A stretch of 64,000 nt of DNA from a virus (lineage: Duplodnaviria; Caudoviricetes). Every line of letters begins with the position of its first letter. Within the stretch, counting starts at the first letter, position 1. The position numbers and the translations under genes are program-made. A model generated the notes under the pieces. It was not told the DNA's origin. It saw only the letters and a list, made by a program, of their open reading frames with translations, and did not search any database. Positions 46,623 to 56,214 of this stretch are shown here, in pieces. The stretch is taken from IMG/VR virus record IMGVR_UViG_2706795919_000001, positions 1 through 64,000 of that record, one strand, 5' to 3'.

Positions 46623-47064
46623 TGCGCGCGCTGATCTGTCGGACAAGATCGAAGAGGGCACCGACTGTCCTTGCTGCGGTCAGTTCGCCAAGGTCTACCG
46701 GGTTAAGTTCCCGGCTACTGCGGTCAAGCTGATGATCGAAATGCTTAAGCAGCACCGCAACGGAGTGCAGTGGGTCCACGCTCCTACCGCTGGTCCTCCC
46801 GGAGGCAACCCGGTTAAGGCGCGGCACTGGGGGCTGATTGAGCCTATGCCGGATGCGGTGCGCGAGGACGGCTCTAAGCGCGTCGGCCTGTGGCGGCTCA
46901 CGACGAACGGTTACGCGTTCGTGCGCGGCATGTTGAACGTGCCTAAGTACGCCAACTTGTTCAACAACGAGTGCTTGGGGCTGGACGCGAGCGAGGGCTA
47001 CGTGTCTGCCGAAGAGGCGCTTGGTCACAACTTCAACTACCGGGAGCTAATGGCGGGTGTCTGA
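46603..47064 (+). CDS. Zn-ribbon / winged-helix protein
   Basis: CPCCGQ; HWGLIE...WRLT. Confidence 0.65.
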   Translation: MTITLDDARADLSDKIEEGTDCPCCGQFAKVYRVKFPATAVKLMIEMLKQHRNGVQWVHAPTAGPPGGNPVKARHWGLIEPMPDAVREDGSKRVGLWRLTTNGYAFVRGMLNVPKYANLFNNECLGLDASEGYVSAEEALGHNFNYRELMAGV

Positions 47065-47737
47065 CTTCGGCAGGATTGACCGGAAGTTCTGGGATCATCC
47101 CAAAGCTAAGCAAGCCGGTAACGCTGCGCTAGGTCTGTGGGCTAAGGCGAACTCCTGGTGCCGGGATAACCGGTCCGGGGGGTTCGTCCCCCGCGATGTT
47201 GTGCTAGAGCTTGGCACTCGGGATGAGGCCAATGCTCTCGTCTCGGCCCGGCTCTGGAAGCGGGTCGATAAGGACGGCGCGTTTATCGGCGTGCAGTTCA
47301 ACGACTACGACCATTGGAACGACGACGTTGAGCCAAACACCGTCGCGGGCGATCTGGTCCGCAAGGTCGTTCCGGAATCCCAGCCGCTAAGCATCCGTAA
47401 GCAGTTGGTCAAAAAGACTGCGGAAATGCTGCGGGAGGGGATCGACGCGGAGATTTTGGAGCGCGCACTTAACCTCTGGCTCGCTAAGGACTTCGGGCCG
47501 GGCATCTTGCCCAACCTCGTCAGTGAGGCGCAGAAAGAGGCACAGCGCGCGGCCACGCTCCGCAACACCATTACCAAGTGCCTTGAGACTGGGCAGGTCA
47601 GTCCGCTTAAGGCATACGGGTACATCTTCACGCCTCCTGTTCCTCCGGACGGTCTAGACGTTAATCAGCGTCGGGATTGGATGGCCGGGGCTAAGCGGGA
47701 TTGGCTGAACGAACTTAGAGGGAGGGTGGCTGCCTAA
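47057..47737 (+). CDS. putative replication initiator (RepA-like)
   Basis: DRKFWDHPK...ALGLW...LVSARLW...FNDY actinophage initiator N-terminus; upstream of DnaB. Confidence 0.7.
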   Translation: MSDFGRIDRKFWDHPKAKQAGNAALGLWAKANSWCRDNRSGGFVPRDVVLELGTRDEANALVSARLWKRVDKDGAFIGVQFNDYDHWNDDVEPNTVAGDLVRKVVPESQPLSIRKQLVKKTAEMLREGIDAEILERALNLWLAKDFGPGILPNLVSEAQKEAQRAATLRNTITKCLETGQVSPLKAYGYIFTPPVPPDGLDVNQRRDWMAGAKRDWLNELRGRVAA

Positions 47738-48036
47738 TGGGCGGCATCGCTTATCCGCGCCGTGATGACTTGGTGCGGTACGAGAAGTTCGACGGATCGC
47801 TTGAATCGGTGCAGCGCATCGTCAACCTGACTAAGACGGAATTGACGATCAGCTTTAAGCAGCGTCCCAATTTCCTAGAGGGGGACAAGCTCACCATTTC
47901 CAGCATTCCTTTTAGCGGCGGGGCTATTCAGCTAGGCGACTTCGTGACCGTCAGCAATGCCGGTCAGGTCTCCGTGTTTCCCGGCGACGTGTTTCACGCC
48001 AAGTTCGATATCAGCAAGATTGCCGGAGGTTCTTAA
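47737..48036 (+). CDS. hypothetical protein
   Basis: 99 aa, TAATG coupling. Confidence 0.6.
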   Translation: MGGIAYPRRDDLVRYEKFDGSLESVQRIVNLTKTELTISFKQRPNFLEGDKLTISSIPFSGGAIQLGDFVTVSNAGQVSVFPGDVFHAKFDISKIAGGS

Positions 48037-49302
48037 TTGACAGAGGCCCAGCCACCGCAGGACGCTAACGCGGAACAGTGCGTTATCGGTTCCATTCTCA
48101 TGTCGGCTAAGGCGCTTAACACGCTTTCGACGATGCTTACGGCTGAGGACTTCTACCGCCCGATCCACGGCGAGATTTTCTCGGCGGCAATGCACCTGCT
48201 CTCTGCCGGGGAGCCGGTGGACGCGATGACGACCGCCAAAGAGCTTGAGGCTCGCGGCCAGCTTCGCAAAATCGGCGGGGCACCGTACTTGCTCACCTGT
48301 CTAGAGGTCACGCCTACCGCGACTAACGCTGAGGCGTACGCGCGCATGGTGCAGGACAAGGCGAAGCTCCGGCGCATGGCTGAGCTTGGTAACAGGCTTA
48401 AGCAACTGGCGTACTCGGAGACGAGCACTAGCGAGGACGTAGCCACGCTCCTGGGCGAGGGCGAGAAGTTCTTTCGGCAGGAGCATGAGCCGGATGACAA
48501 GGCGCTCACGTTCGGGAAGATGATCGACTCCTGGGAGCACTGGCAGTCCACGGCTGAGGGCTATATCAAGACTCCGTGGGAGCCGGTGAATGAGCGGCTG
48601 AATGGCGGTCTACAGCGCGGCAGGCTCTACACCATTGGTGCTAGGCCGGGCGTCGGTAAAAGTGTCGCAGCGTTGCAGCTAGCCGCCAATTCGGCGTTCT
48701 GGGGCTTCCCTGCCGCGTACTTCACGCTGGAAATGTCCTCGGATGAGGTCACGTCGCGTCTGGTGTCTGCCGGAGCGGGCGTGGACTTTAGCCGGATCAT
48801 GCGTAAGAAGATCGACCTTGAGGACCGCGCGAAGATCGACAACTACCTCAAGCTGAACGACACCATGCCGCTACAGGTGGTTGACCGGGCGACGATCACG
48901 ACAGAGCAGATCGTGGCTCACTGCCGGTCGGTCGGGAATCTGGACACGGTTGTCGTGGACTACCTGCAATTGATCAATCCCAGTGACCGTAAGGCTTCGC
49001 GCGAGCAGCAAGTAGCGCATATGTCCCGGTCGCTAAAGATCGCGGCGCGTGAGCTAAACGTCGCAATGGTGGTCTGTTCGCAGCTTAACCGTGGCCCGCT
49101 TAAGGACGGAAAGGTCCGCGCTCCGAATATCGGGGACTTGCGCGAGTCGGGCGCGGTTGAACAGGACTCGGATGTGGTTCTGCTGCTGCATAACGACGAG
49201 GACGATCCGGGCATCGTTCAAATGATTATCGGTAAGAACCGAAACGGGAGGATGGGCGATCTTGCGCTCAACTTTGAGGGTCACTATCAGCGGATCACAT
49301 GA
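48037..49302 (+). CDS. dnaB: DnaB-like replicative helicase
   Basis: AEQCVIGSIL, GARPGVGKS, VVDYLQL, SQLNR, DLRESGAVEQDSD, KNRNG. Confidence 0.95.
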   Translation: MTEAQPPQDANAEQCVIGSILMSAKALNTLSTMLTAEDFYRPIHGEIFSAAMHLLSAGEPVDAMTTAKELEARGQLRKIGGAPYLLTCLEVTPTATNAEAYARMVQDKAKLRRMAELGNRLKQLAYSETSTSEDVATLLGEGEKFFRQEHEPDDKALTFGKMIDSWEHWQSTAEGYIKTPWEPVNERLNGGLQRGRLYTIGARPGVGKSVAALQLAANSAFWGFPAAYFTLEMSSDEVTSRLVSAGAGVDFSRIMRKKIDLEDRAKIDNYLKLNDTMPLQVVDRATITTEQIVAHCRSVGNLDTVVVDYLQLINPSDRKASREQQVAHMSRSLKIAARELNVAMVVCSQLNRGPLKDGKVRAPNIGDLRESGAVEQDSDVVLLLHNDEDDPGIVQMIIGKNRNGRMGDLALNFEGHYQRIT

Positions 49303-49580
49303 GTAAGGACATAGAGGCGCTTATGTCGCCTAAGCCGCTGCATTGGACCGAAGAGGCTCTTTGTCATGACGACCGGCGCTTTACCGGAGACGAGAAGTTT
49401 CTAGGTCCGCAGGACTGGACGGAAATGGCCGCTAAGTGCTTTGACTGCCCGGTCCGTAAGCAGTGCGACGACTGGGCTAACCGTGAGGGCGTTACCGACG
49501 TATTCGCGGCGGGCTATTGGAGGCATGGACATGGCGAGGACGGCGAAGCCGAAACCGGAATCGGAGACGGCACCGGCTAG
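49299..49580 (+). CDS. WhiB-family protein
   Basis: W..EALC...CFDCPVRKQC...VFAAG. Confidence 0.7.
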   Translation: MSKDIEALMSPKPLHWTEEALCHDDRRFTGDEKFLGPQDWTEMAAKCFDCPVRKQCDDWANREGVTDVFAAGYWRHGHGEDGEAETGIGDGTG

Positions 49581-50009
49581 TAGGCCAGCTTGGCAGTTTC
49601 AACGGTTCACGCCCGCTACGGGTAGGAACCGGCTCCTGTTCTCCTACGAGGGCGGGGACGAGCTTCTGAATGACAAGGGTGTCAATGCTGCGCTAACGAG
49701 GCTTAGCGAGCAGTTAAGGGGCGTGAAGTGACGGCGTATTTCAACGTTCTCCGGGCGGCTGCCGGTGAGAACCCTTGGGGGCACGGCTGCGCGGGTTGCG
49801 GCCAGTCCACCTACGGCCAGCGGCACGGCGCTTGCGAGCGCTGCGAAGGCGGTTACGACGACGAAGAGGACTACCCGCGTGACTGAGCCAGATGACGACT
49901 ACGAGAACCCGGTAGGGGAAGTGCTGGACGACGACACCGTTAAGGACTTGGCGTCGGCGCATTTCACCTACTCCATTGCCGGTCTATTGGGAATCAAGTT
50001 AGGGAGTCC

Positions 50010-50861
50010 GTGGTGGCCGTTTACCTGAGGGTCTACAAGCCGGAAGTTGGCACTAGCCGGGACGCGGCGCAGAAGTTCAAGTTCCCTGGTGGCGAGGTCC
50101 ACCTTAAGAACGTCATCCCGGAAATGAGTGGGCTGTCCTACTACGTGGCTGACGTGCGGGGCGCGGACCTTGACGACCTTATGGCGGCGGGGCTGTGGGC
50201 TGACATAGCGCACGACCGCGAAATGCCTTTCGTCCTGTTCCTGCCTTACCTTCCGGCTGCGCGCGCGGACCGGGGCGAGCCGGGCGGCAAGTACATGTAC
50301 GCCAAGTTCGTTAACACCTTCGGCGCGGATCAGGTCATCACGATTGATCAGCACTCGCAGCTTGGTTACAACTGGTACGACGAGCTTAACGACCTGCCGT
50401 TGTTGCCGCTGCTAGACCGGGCGCTTGAGAGCCAGGGGCACTGGCGTTACGACGGCATCATTGCGCCGGATAAGGGCGCAGTCGAGCGGGCTAACACGGT
50501 CGCTCAGCATTACGGGCTTGACCTGTACGTCGGCAACAAGTACCGCGACTTTGAGACGGGCCGCATCCTTAAGTACGAGATTGACGTTCCTAAGAGCGGC
50601 CAGTACCTCGTTGTGGACGACATTTGCGACGGGGGTTGGACCTTTACGGAGCTTGCACGCGCGAGCGGCTTGTTCCAGTCGCAGCTTAGCTTGTGGGTTA
50701 CTCACGGAATCTTCTCCGGTAACGCGCATGAGCTTCGGAGTTACTACCGGCGCATCTATACGACCGACTCGCATCCCGGCCATAACCGGGTGGGTGTCGC
50801 TACGACGATTGTGCCGACTTTCACCTACATGCATGAGGCAATGGTTAAGGGGCTTAAGTGA
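50010..50861 (+). CDS. PRPP-synthetase-like protein (Adps-like)
   Basis: FPGGE, PYLPAARADR, APDKGA, VVDDICDGGWT, THGIFS. Confidence 0.9.
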   Translation: MVAVYLRVYKPEVGTSRDAAQKFKFPGGEVHLKNVIPEMSGLSYYVADVRGADLDDLMAAGLWADIAHDREMPFVLFLPYLPAARADRGEPGGKYMYAKFVNTFGADQVITIDQHSQLGYNWYDELNDLPLLPLLDRALESQGHWRYDGIIAPDKGAVERANTVAQHYGLDLYVGNKYRDFETGRILKYEIDVPKSGQYLVVDDICDGGWTFTELARASGLFQSQLSLWVTHGIFSGNAHELRSYYRRIYTTDSHPGHNRVGVATTIVPTFTYMHEAMVKGLK

Positions 50862-52333
50862 GCACGAAATTCGCGCCGGTTGCGGCGCTGTTCCAGACGG
50901 ACGCGTACAAGCTGGGCCACATTCAGCAGTACGCGCTTAGCGGGAACGTGACTAACGTCTATTCCAACTGGACTAACCGGAAGTCTCGGCTGCCGGGCGT
51001 CGATAAGGTCGTTCACTTCGGCTTGCAGGCTTACATCGCTAAGCACCTGATGGAAGCGTTTGAGCCGTTCTTTGAGGCCGACGAGGACACGGTTGCCGCG
51101 CTGTACGAGGAACGCGTTACGCAGATTCTCGGTCCTAACACGATTGGCTCCGGCCATATCCGCAAGCTGCACCGTAAGGGCTACTTGCCGCTCCGCTTCT
51201 GCGCGGTGCCGGAGGGGACGATGGTTCCTATCGGCGTGCCTAGCTTCACCGTGGAGAACACGGACCCGGAGTTCTACTGGCTGACCAACTACGTGGAGAC
51301 GGGCATTAGCGCGGGCGTGTGGCAGGCCAGCACTAGCGCGACCATCGCTAAGCAGTACCGGCGCGTGATGATGGACGCGGCGCGGCTGACCGGCTCGGAC
51401 CCGATTGGCGTTGACTGGCAGGTCCACGACTTCTCTTACCGGGGCATGTCCTCGCATGAGAGCGCGGCGGCGTCGGGCGCGGCTCACCTGTTGAGCTTCA
51501 CCGGGACGGACTCGCTGGTGTCGCTTGAGTGGATCGACCGCTACTACGGCGGCGACTACATCGCTGGCTCGGTGCCCGCTACGGAGCACTCGGTGATGTG
51601 TACCGGCATTGAGACGGTAGGCGAGCTTGAGACGTTCCAGCGGCTCTTAGCGCTGTACCCGGACGGGATCGTTAGCGTCGTTAGCGACACCTTCGATCTG
51701 TGGCGCGTGCTGTGGGAGTACCTGCCGACGCTGCAAAAGCAGATCATGGCCCGTAACGGCAAGCTGGTGATCCGGCCTGACTCGGGCGATCCGGAAAAGA
51801 TCATCTGCGGTGATCCTGACGCGCCGGTTGGCTCTAAAGAGTGGTACGGCGTGCTGGGCGCTCTCTACGAGCACTTCGGCGGCAAGCAGAACGCGGCGGG
51901 CTTCATTGAGATTGATTCGCACGTAGGCGTCATTTACGGCGACTCCATCACGCTTGAGCGCGCTAAGAGCATCACGGACCGGATGACCAAGCTCGGCTAC
52001 GCCTCTTCCAATGTGGTGTTCGGCGTGGGCAGCTTCACCTACCAGCACAACACGCGCGACACGTTCGGGTCCGCGATGAAGGCGACGTGGGTAAAGGTCG
52101 GCTCTAACACGTTCGACCTGCTTAAGGACCCGGTTACCGACGACGGCACCAAGAAGTCCGCGACCGGGCGTCTGGCGGTGCTGCGCGATCTGCACGGCGA
52201 GCTTGTGCTTCTGCAAAAGGCTGACTGGATGGACGAATACTCGTCGGAGCTTCGTCCGGTTTGGGAGAACGGCAAGTTCGTCAACTTCCAGTCATTCGCC
52301 CACGTCAGGGGCGTGCTGGGGTCCTACTCGTAA
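50858..52333 (+). CDS. nicotinamide phosphoribosyltransferase-like protein (Namat-like)
   Basis: TDAYKLGH, HDFSYRG, PATEHSVM, SVVSDT, IRPDSGDP, YGDSIT, GVGSF, KDPVTD. Confidence 0.93.
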   Translation: MSTKFAPVAALFQTDAYKLGHIQQYALSGNVTNVYSNWTNRKSRLPGVDKVVHFGLQAYIAKHLMEAFEPFFEADEDTVAALYEERVTQILGPNTIGSGHIRKLHRKGYLPLRFCAVPEGTMVPIGVPSFTVENTDPEFYWLTNYVETGISAGVWQASTSATIAKQYRRVMMDAARLTGSDPIGVDWQVHDFSYRGMSSHESAAASGAAHLLSFTGTDSLVSLEWIDRYYGGDYIAGSVPATEHSVMCTGIETVGELETFQRLLALYPDGIVSVVSDTFDLWRVLWEYLPTLQKQIMARNGKLVIRPDSGDPEKIICGDPDAPVGSKEWYGVLGALYEHFGGKQNAAGFIEIDSHVGVIYGDSITLERAKSITDRMTKLGYASSNVVFGVGSFTYQHNTRDTFGSAMKATWVKVGSNTFDLLKDPVTDDGTKKSATGRLAVLRDLHGELVLLQKADWMDEYSSELRPVWENGKFVNFQSFAHVRGVLGSYS

Positions 52334-52340
52334 ATTCAAG

Positions 52341-52386
52341 TGTCCGAGTTTCCGGACAGATTCGCGTCTGTCCGGACTCTCGGTGC
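52341..52386. promoter_or_regulatory. operator-like pair upstream of pnk
   Basis: TGTCCGAGTTTCCGGACA (52341-52358) and inverted degenerate copy TGTCCGGACTCTCGGTGC (52369-52386). Confidence 0.6.
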
Positions 52387-52418
52387 TTGACTAATTCCAG
52401 ACGAGAAAGGGGGTCAGA

Positions 52419-53354
52419 ATGGCTCTGACTCTTACCGCGATGCGGGGATATCCCGGCTCGGGTAAAAGCACGAAAGCGCGTGAGATTGCGGACGCTACCG
52501 GGGCGGTAGTCGTTAACCGCGATGCGCTCCGGCAGATGCTTCACGGAGCGTGGTTCCACGACACGCACGCTAAGGACGCTAAGACGTTTGAGGCTGAGGT
52601 AACCATTGCCGAAAGGGCAGCGGTTCAGGCTTACCTCAAAGAGGGCGTCTCGGTAGTGGTGGACGCTACGCATTTGGAGCCGCCGTCTTACCTCCGCAAG
52701 TGGAGCAAGCTCGCGGCGCAATACGGCGCTCAGTTCGTCCGCGTTGACGTGGATACGGACCTAGCGACCTGTAAGCAGCGTGACCATGCCCGGATGCTCG
52801 CGGGTGGCCGGTACGTCGGGGATCAGGTGATTGATCGGATGGCTAAGCGTCACCCGGTTAAGAACTGGCCGAATATCCAAGCGCCTCCCACGTTCGACCC
52901 GGTGCCGGTGGAATGGATCGACGGTCTGCCTGAGGCGATCATCGTTGACATTGACGGCACGCTGGCTCAGATGGCGGGGCGCTCCCCGTACGACTACAGC
53001 CAGGTCCACACGGACACCGTTGACGAGCAGATCAAGTGGCTCGTTAATGAAATGCACATGCGGAACGTCGAAGTTCTGATCGTGTCGGGCCGCGATTGCT
53101 CCTGCCGTGAGGCGACGGAGGAATGGCTGCGCGTTAACGGCATTAGGTACGACGAGTTGCACATGCGGCCTACCGGCGCGGTGGATAACCACGGAAACAA
53201 GCTGCCGGATTACCTCGTTAAGTCCACGCTCTTTGACGAGAACATTCGGGGTAAGTACAACGTCCGCTTTGTGTTGGACGACCGTAATCAGGTGGTGGAC
53301 CTGTGGCGCTCGCTCGGGCTTAAGTGCCTGCAAGTTCAGCCGGGAGATTTCTGA
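52419..53354 (+). CDS. pnk: polynucleotide kinase/phosphatase
   Basis: P-loop GYPGSGKST, RD; HAD DIDGT, SGR, LDDR as in T4 PseT. Confidence 0.93.
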   Translation: MALTLTAMRGYPGSGKSTKAREIADATGAVVVNRDALRQMLHGAWFHDTHAKDAKTFEAEVTIAERAAVQAYLKEGVSVVVDATHLEPPSYLRKWSKLAAQYGAQFVRVDVDTDLATCKQRDHARMLAGGRYVGDQVIDRMAKRHPVKNWPNIQAPPTFDPVPVEWIDGLPEAIIVDIDGTLAQMAGRSPYDYSQVHTDTVDEQIKWLVNEMHMRNVEVLIVSGRDCSCREATEEWLRVNGIRYDELHMRPTGAVDNHGNKLPDYLVKSTLFDENIRGKYNVRFVLDDRNQVVDLWRSLGLKCLQVQPGDF

Positions 53355-53536
53355 TGCCAACGATAAGCATTACGCCTAACGGCGTGCAGTTCCCGATTCC
53401 GGATTGTGACGCTGAGGTCTTTTACGACCCTAAGACGCGCACTCTCCTGATTGAGGGGCTAACGGATGAGGACCGCGTTACGACGCGGACCGACAGTAGG
53501 GACGGCTCACAGGCGGTCTTTATCCGGATCGCGTAA
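53354..53536 (+). CDS. hypothetical protein
   Basis: TGATG coupling to pnk. Confidence 0.55.
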   Translation: MPTISITPNGVQFPIPDCDAEVFYDPKTRTLLIEGLTDEDRVTTRTDSRDGSQAVFIRIA

Positions 53537-53929
53537 GTGGAGCACCGGCTTACAGTGCCTTTCAAACGGCCACCCATGACCGCTAATGATCAGCGGCGCG
53601 CACATTGGGCCGTAGTTGCTAAGGCCAAGAAACAAGTCGGGGACGTAGTTGAGTGGCAGGCGCGGCGGGCGGGGATTAAGGACTTAGGTCCGTCCGTCGT
53701 GTCTGTCCTCTGGTACACGCCCACCAAGCGTGCTACCGACTCCGACTCGCTAGGGCCGTTCGTTAAGGGTGCTCTGGACGGCTTAGTAAGGGCTGGGGTC
53801 TGGCCTGACGACAACTCGCGTTACGTCAAACAGACCTGCATGGCAGTAAGTGACGGGGATACGAAAAACCCACGCATTGAGATAAGGATTAGAGAAGTTG
53901 GCGACACAGGAATTGAAGTGGTGGCATGA
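53537..53929 (+). CDS. rusA: RusA-like Holliday junction resolvase
   Basis: DSDSL...KGALDGL...WPDDN. Confidence 0.85.
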   Translation: MEHRLTVPFKRPPMTANDQRRAHWAVVAKAKKQVGDVVEWQARRAGIKDLGPSVVSVLWYTPTKRATDSDSLGPFVKGALDGLVRAGVWPDDNSRYVKQTCMAVSDGDTKNPRIEIRIREVGDTGIEVVA

Positions 53930-54164
53930 CGCGCTTTGCGCTCAGGTAGACACCGATCTGTTCTTTCCGGAAAAGGGTCACGGCGTTTCGCTCGCGCGGC
54001 AAGTCTGCAACCTCTGCCCGGTTAAGGCTGAGTGCCTTGAGGACGCGCTGGTTGAGGAATACGGCAAGTGCAAAACGCTCCGCTTCGGTGTGCGCGGCGG
54101 GACGACTCCTAACGCTCGGTGGAACATCGAAAAGCAGCGTGAACGCGAAGTGGAGGCAGCGTGA
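53898..54164 (+). CDS. WhiB-family transcription factor
   Basis: ALCAQVDTDLFFP, CNLCPVKAEC, GVRGG. Confidence 0.9.
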   Translation: MATQELKWWHDALCAQVDTDLFFPEKGHGVSLARQVCNLCPVKAECLEDALVEEYGKCKTLRFGVRGGTTPNARWNIEKQREREVEAA

Positions 54165-54481
54165 CCATAGAGGCTCTGCATTTGTCCGGTGCTCGGACCC
54201 GGCAGATTCCGGAGATGGACATTCCGGACCTCCCAGGCGCGCTCTGCAAGGGCCATGAGGACCCTGACCTATGGCACCCCGGCCCAGGCGCGGGAGGCCG
54301 TAACAGGCGCGATCAGGCCGTTGCAATCTGCAAGCAGTGCCCGGTGCAGATGGCGTGTCTGCAATACGCATTGGAGTGGGACCGGGACCACACCTTTTTG
54401 GACCGCGTTCAGGGCGTGTGGGGCGGTGTCCCTGAGCCTGAGCGCCGGAAATTGCTTAAGGGGAATAAGGGTGCTGCTTAG
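54161..54481 (+). CDS. WhiB-family transcription factor
   Basis: ALC..DPDLW, CKQCPVQMAC, GVWGG. Confidence 0.9.
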   Translation: MTIEALHLSGARTRQIPEMDIPDLPGALCKGHEDPDLWHPGPGAGGRNRRDQAVAICKQCPVQMACLQYALEWDRDHTFLDRVQGVWGGVPEPERRKLLKGNKGAA

Positions 54482-54710
54482 CACGAAGATCAAGCTGGAC
54501 TGCGGGACTCTGGACTACTCCTACAACCCGGTCCGCGATAACCATTGCGTGAAGTTTCAGGCGGGCTGCACGCGCGGCATGTGGGTCAAGATGTACGACC
54601 TGCCGGGCCAGGTGATTAGCGCTATCGCTCAGTACCGGGGCAATCCGGACGTTGACGCGCTGGTGTCCTGGCTCGCCGGTCAGGCCAAGCTCCCGCGCTA
54701 TGGGCGCTGA
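54471..54710 (+). CDS. hypothetical protein
   Basis: GTG start overlapping whiB end. Confidence 0.5.
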   Translation: MLLSTKIKLDCGTLDYSYNPVRDNHCVKFQAGCTRGMWVKMYDLPGQVISAIAQYRGNPDVDALVSWLAGQAKLPRYGR

Positions 54711-55266
54711 GCCAAGGTGCCGGTCTGGTAAGCGGTGCGTTAGCCGTACGTCGGACGGCGCTGCCCTGGTGGCGCTCCGTCCGCTGTGCGACGGCTGCAT
54801 AAAGGACGTGCAGAAGTGCTACGACGAACTGCCGGGTTACGTCGGGCTGCTTGAGCTTTACAAGGGCTACACGCCCGGCTCGGTCGGGCAGTCGAAGGTT
54901 AGTAACGGGTCCACGGAGCCTAAGTCTCCGCTGAACATGACCGTCATTGATCTGATCGGCCAGGCGCGCGCTCTGGTGGTGCGCGTTGACGGCTATCTGG
55001 TGCGGGACCTAATCACGCTTAGCGACGGGTTAGAGATCGCGCTTGATATCCGCGATTGGCATTCCAAGGCTGACGGGATTATCGGCCTGCAAAGGGTGTG
55101 GGAGCGGCGGCGTGTCCCTTGCCCGGATTGCAACCTAGCCACTCTCGGGGGATGGCTGGGGGAGGACCGCATTTACTGCACTAACAGTGATTGCATGTCC
55201 GTTTTTACTAAAGCGCAGTACGAAGAGTATTGCTTAGCGAAATCGAAAGAGAGAAAGCGTGGCTAA
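54700..55266 (+). CDS. Zn-binding hypothetical protein
   Basis: CRSGKRC, LCDGC, CPDC, CTNSDC. Confidence 0.65.
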   Translation: MGAEPRCRSGKRCVSRTSDGAALVALRPLCDGCIKDVQKCYDELPGYVGLLELYKGYTPGSVGQSKVSNGSTEPKSPLNMTVIDLIGQARALVVRVDGYLVRDLITLSDGLEIALDIRDWHSKADGIIGLQRVWERRRVPCPDCNLATLGGWLGEDRIYCTNSDCMSVFTKAQYEEYCLAKSKERKRG

Positions 55267-55642
55267 CGCAGCGATTCAGATTCAGGGCAACCTCACCGCT
55301 GATCCGGAACTGAGGTTCTTGGACTCTGGCGTGGCGGTCGCTCAGTTCTCGGTGGCGTCTACTCCCCGCAAGTTCAACAAGCAGACGAACGAGTGGGAGG
55401 ACGGCGAAACCGTGTTCCTCCGTACGTCGGTGTGGCGCGAGCTTGCAGAGGGCGCGGCTGAGAACCTGCGTAAGGGTGACAACGTTGTCGTGATCGGCAA
55501 CCTTAAGCAGCGCGCCTACGAGAAGGACGGCCAGACTCGGACCGTCTTTGAGATTGACGGCGAGTTCGTCGGCAAGAGCGTGCGTGCGCGTAAGAGTGGT
55601 GGCGGCTCTAAGGCTCCCGCTAACGACGGTCCCGGCTGGTAA
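55259..55642 (+). CDS. ssb: single-stranded DNA-binding protein
   Basis: GNLTADPELRF...VASTPRKF closely resembles actinobacterial SSB. Confidence 0.95.
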   Translation: MANAAIQIQGNLTADPELRFLDSGVAVAQFSVASTPRKFNKQTNEWEDGETVFLRTSVWRELAEGAAENLRKGDNVVVIGNLKQRAYEKDGQTRTVFEIDGEFVGKSVRARKSGGGSKAPANDGPGW

Positions 55643-55666
55643 CCAGCCCCGGACCACGAAACTCTT

Positions 55667-55885
55667 ATGTCACACGAAAAGACTTCCGAGGTAGTTCGGA
55701 AGATTCATAAGGCCGCTCGCGTCCGGGGGATGGAACTAACCATTTCCCGGCGCGGGGGCAATCACACCATTTACGACTTAGACGGTCACATGGTCACTAT
55801 CCCTAACGGCTCTAAGGTCACGCGGGTTGAGGCCACTTACCGCCAGTTGCAACCAAAACTCGGAAAGGGCTGGTGGCGGGAGTGA
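55667..55885 (+). CDS. HicA-like protein
   Basis: 72 aa basic; RRGGNHTIY...VTIP. Confidence 0.6.
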   Translation: MSHEKTSEVVRKIHKAARVRGMELTISRRGGNHTIYDLDGHMVTIPNGSKVTRVEATYRQLQPKLGKGWWRE

Positions 55886-56214
55886 CCGTTTACCGCAATC
55901 GCCAGGGCAGCGGGTTGTTCATCGTCTTTAAGTACATAGACGGCGAGCTTGATACCGGCAGCTATACCGGCAGCTATGCGCGTAAGCCACCGGCCCGCAC
56001 ATACAACACGCCCGGCCAGGCTAAGGCGCAGTGGAACCGGTTCATTAAGGACGGTTACGGCGCGCGCGCGGCAGAAATCGGCTTTGACGAGAGCGGCCAG
56101 CCATTCATCCGCTTCATTGACGAAGAGTGGACGCCCACCGTCGAGCTTTGCAAGTACAGCAAGTACGGCAAGACCTGCAAGTTAAAGAAAGATCACGAAG
56201 GGATTCACCAGTGA
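55882..56214 (+). CDS. hypothetical protein
   Basis: GTGA overlap; C-terminal C..C..H..H. Confidence 0.6.
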   Translation: MTVYRNRQGSGLFIVFKYIDGELDTGSYTGSYARKPPARTYNTPGQAKAQWNRFIKDGYGARAAEIGFDESGQPFIRFIDEEWTPTVELCKYSKYGKTCKLKKDHEGIHQ

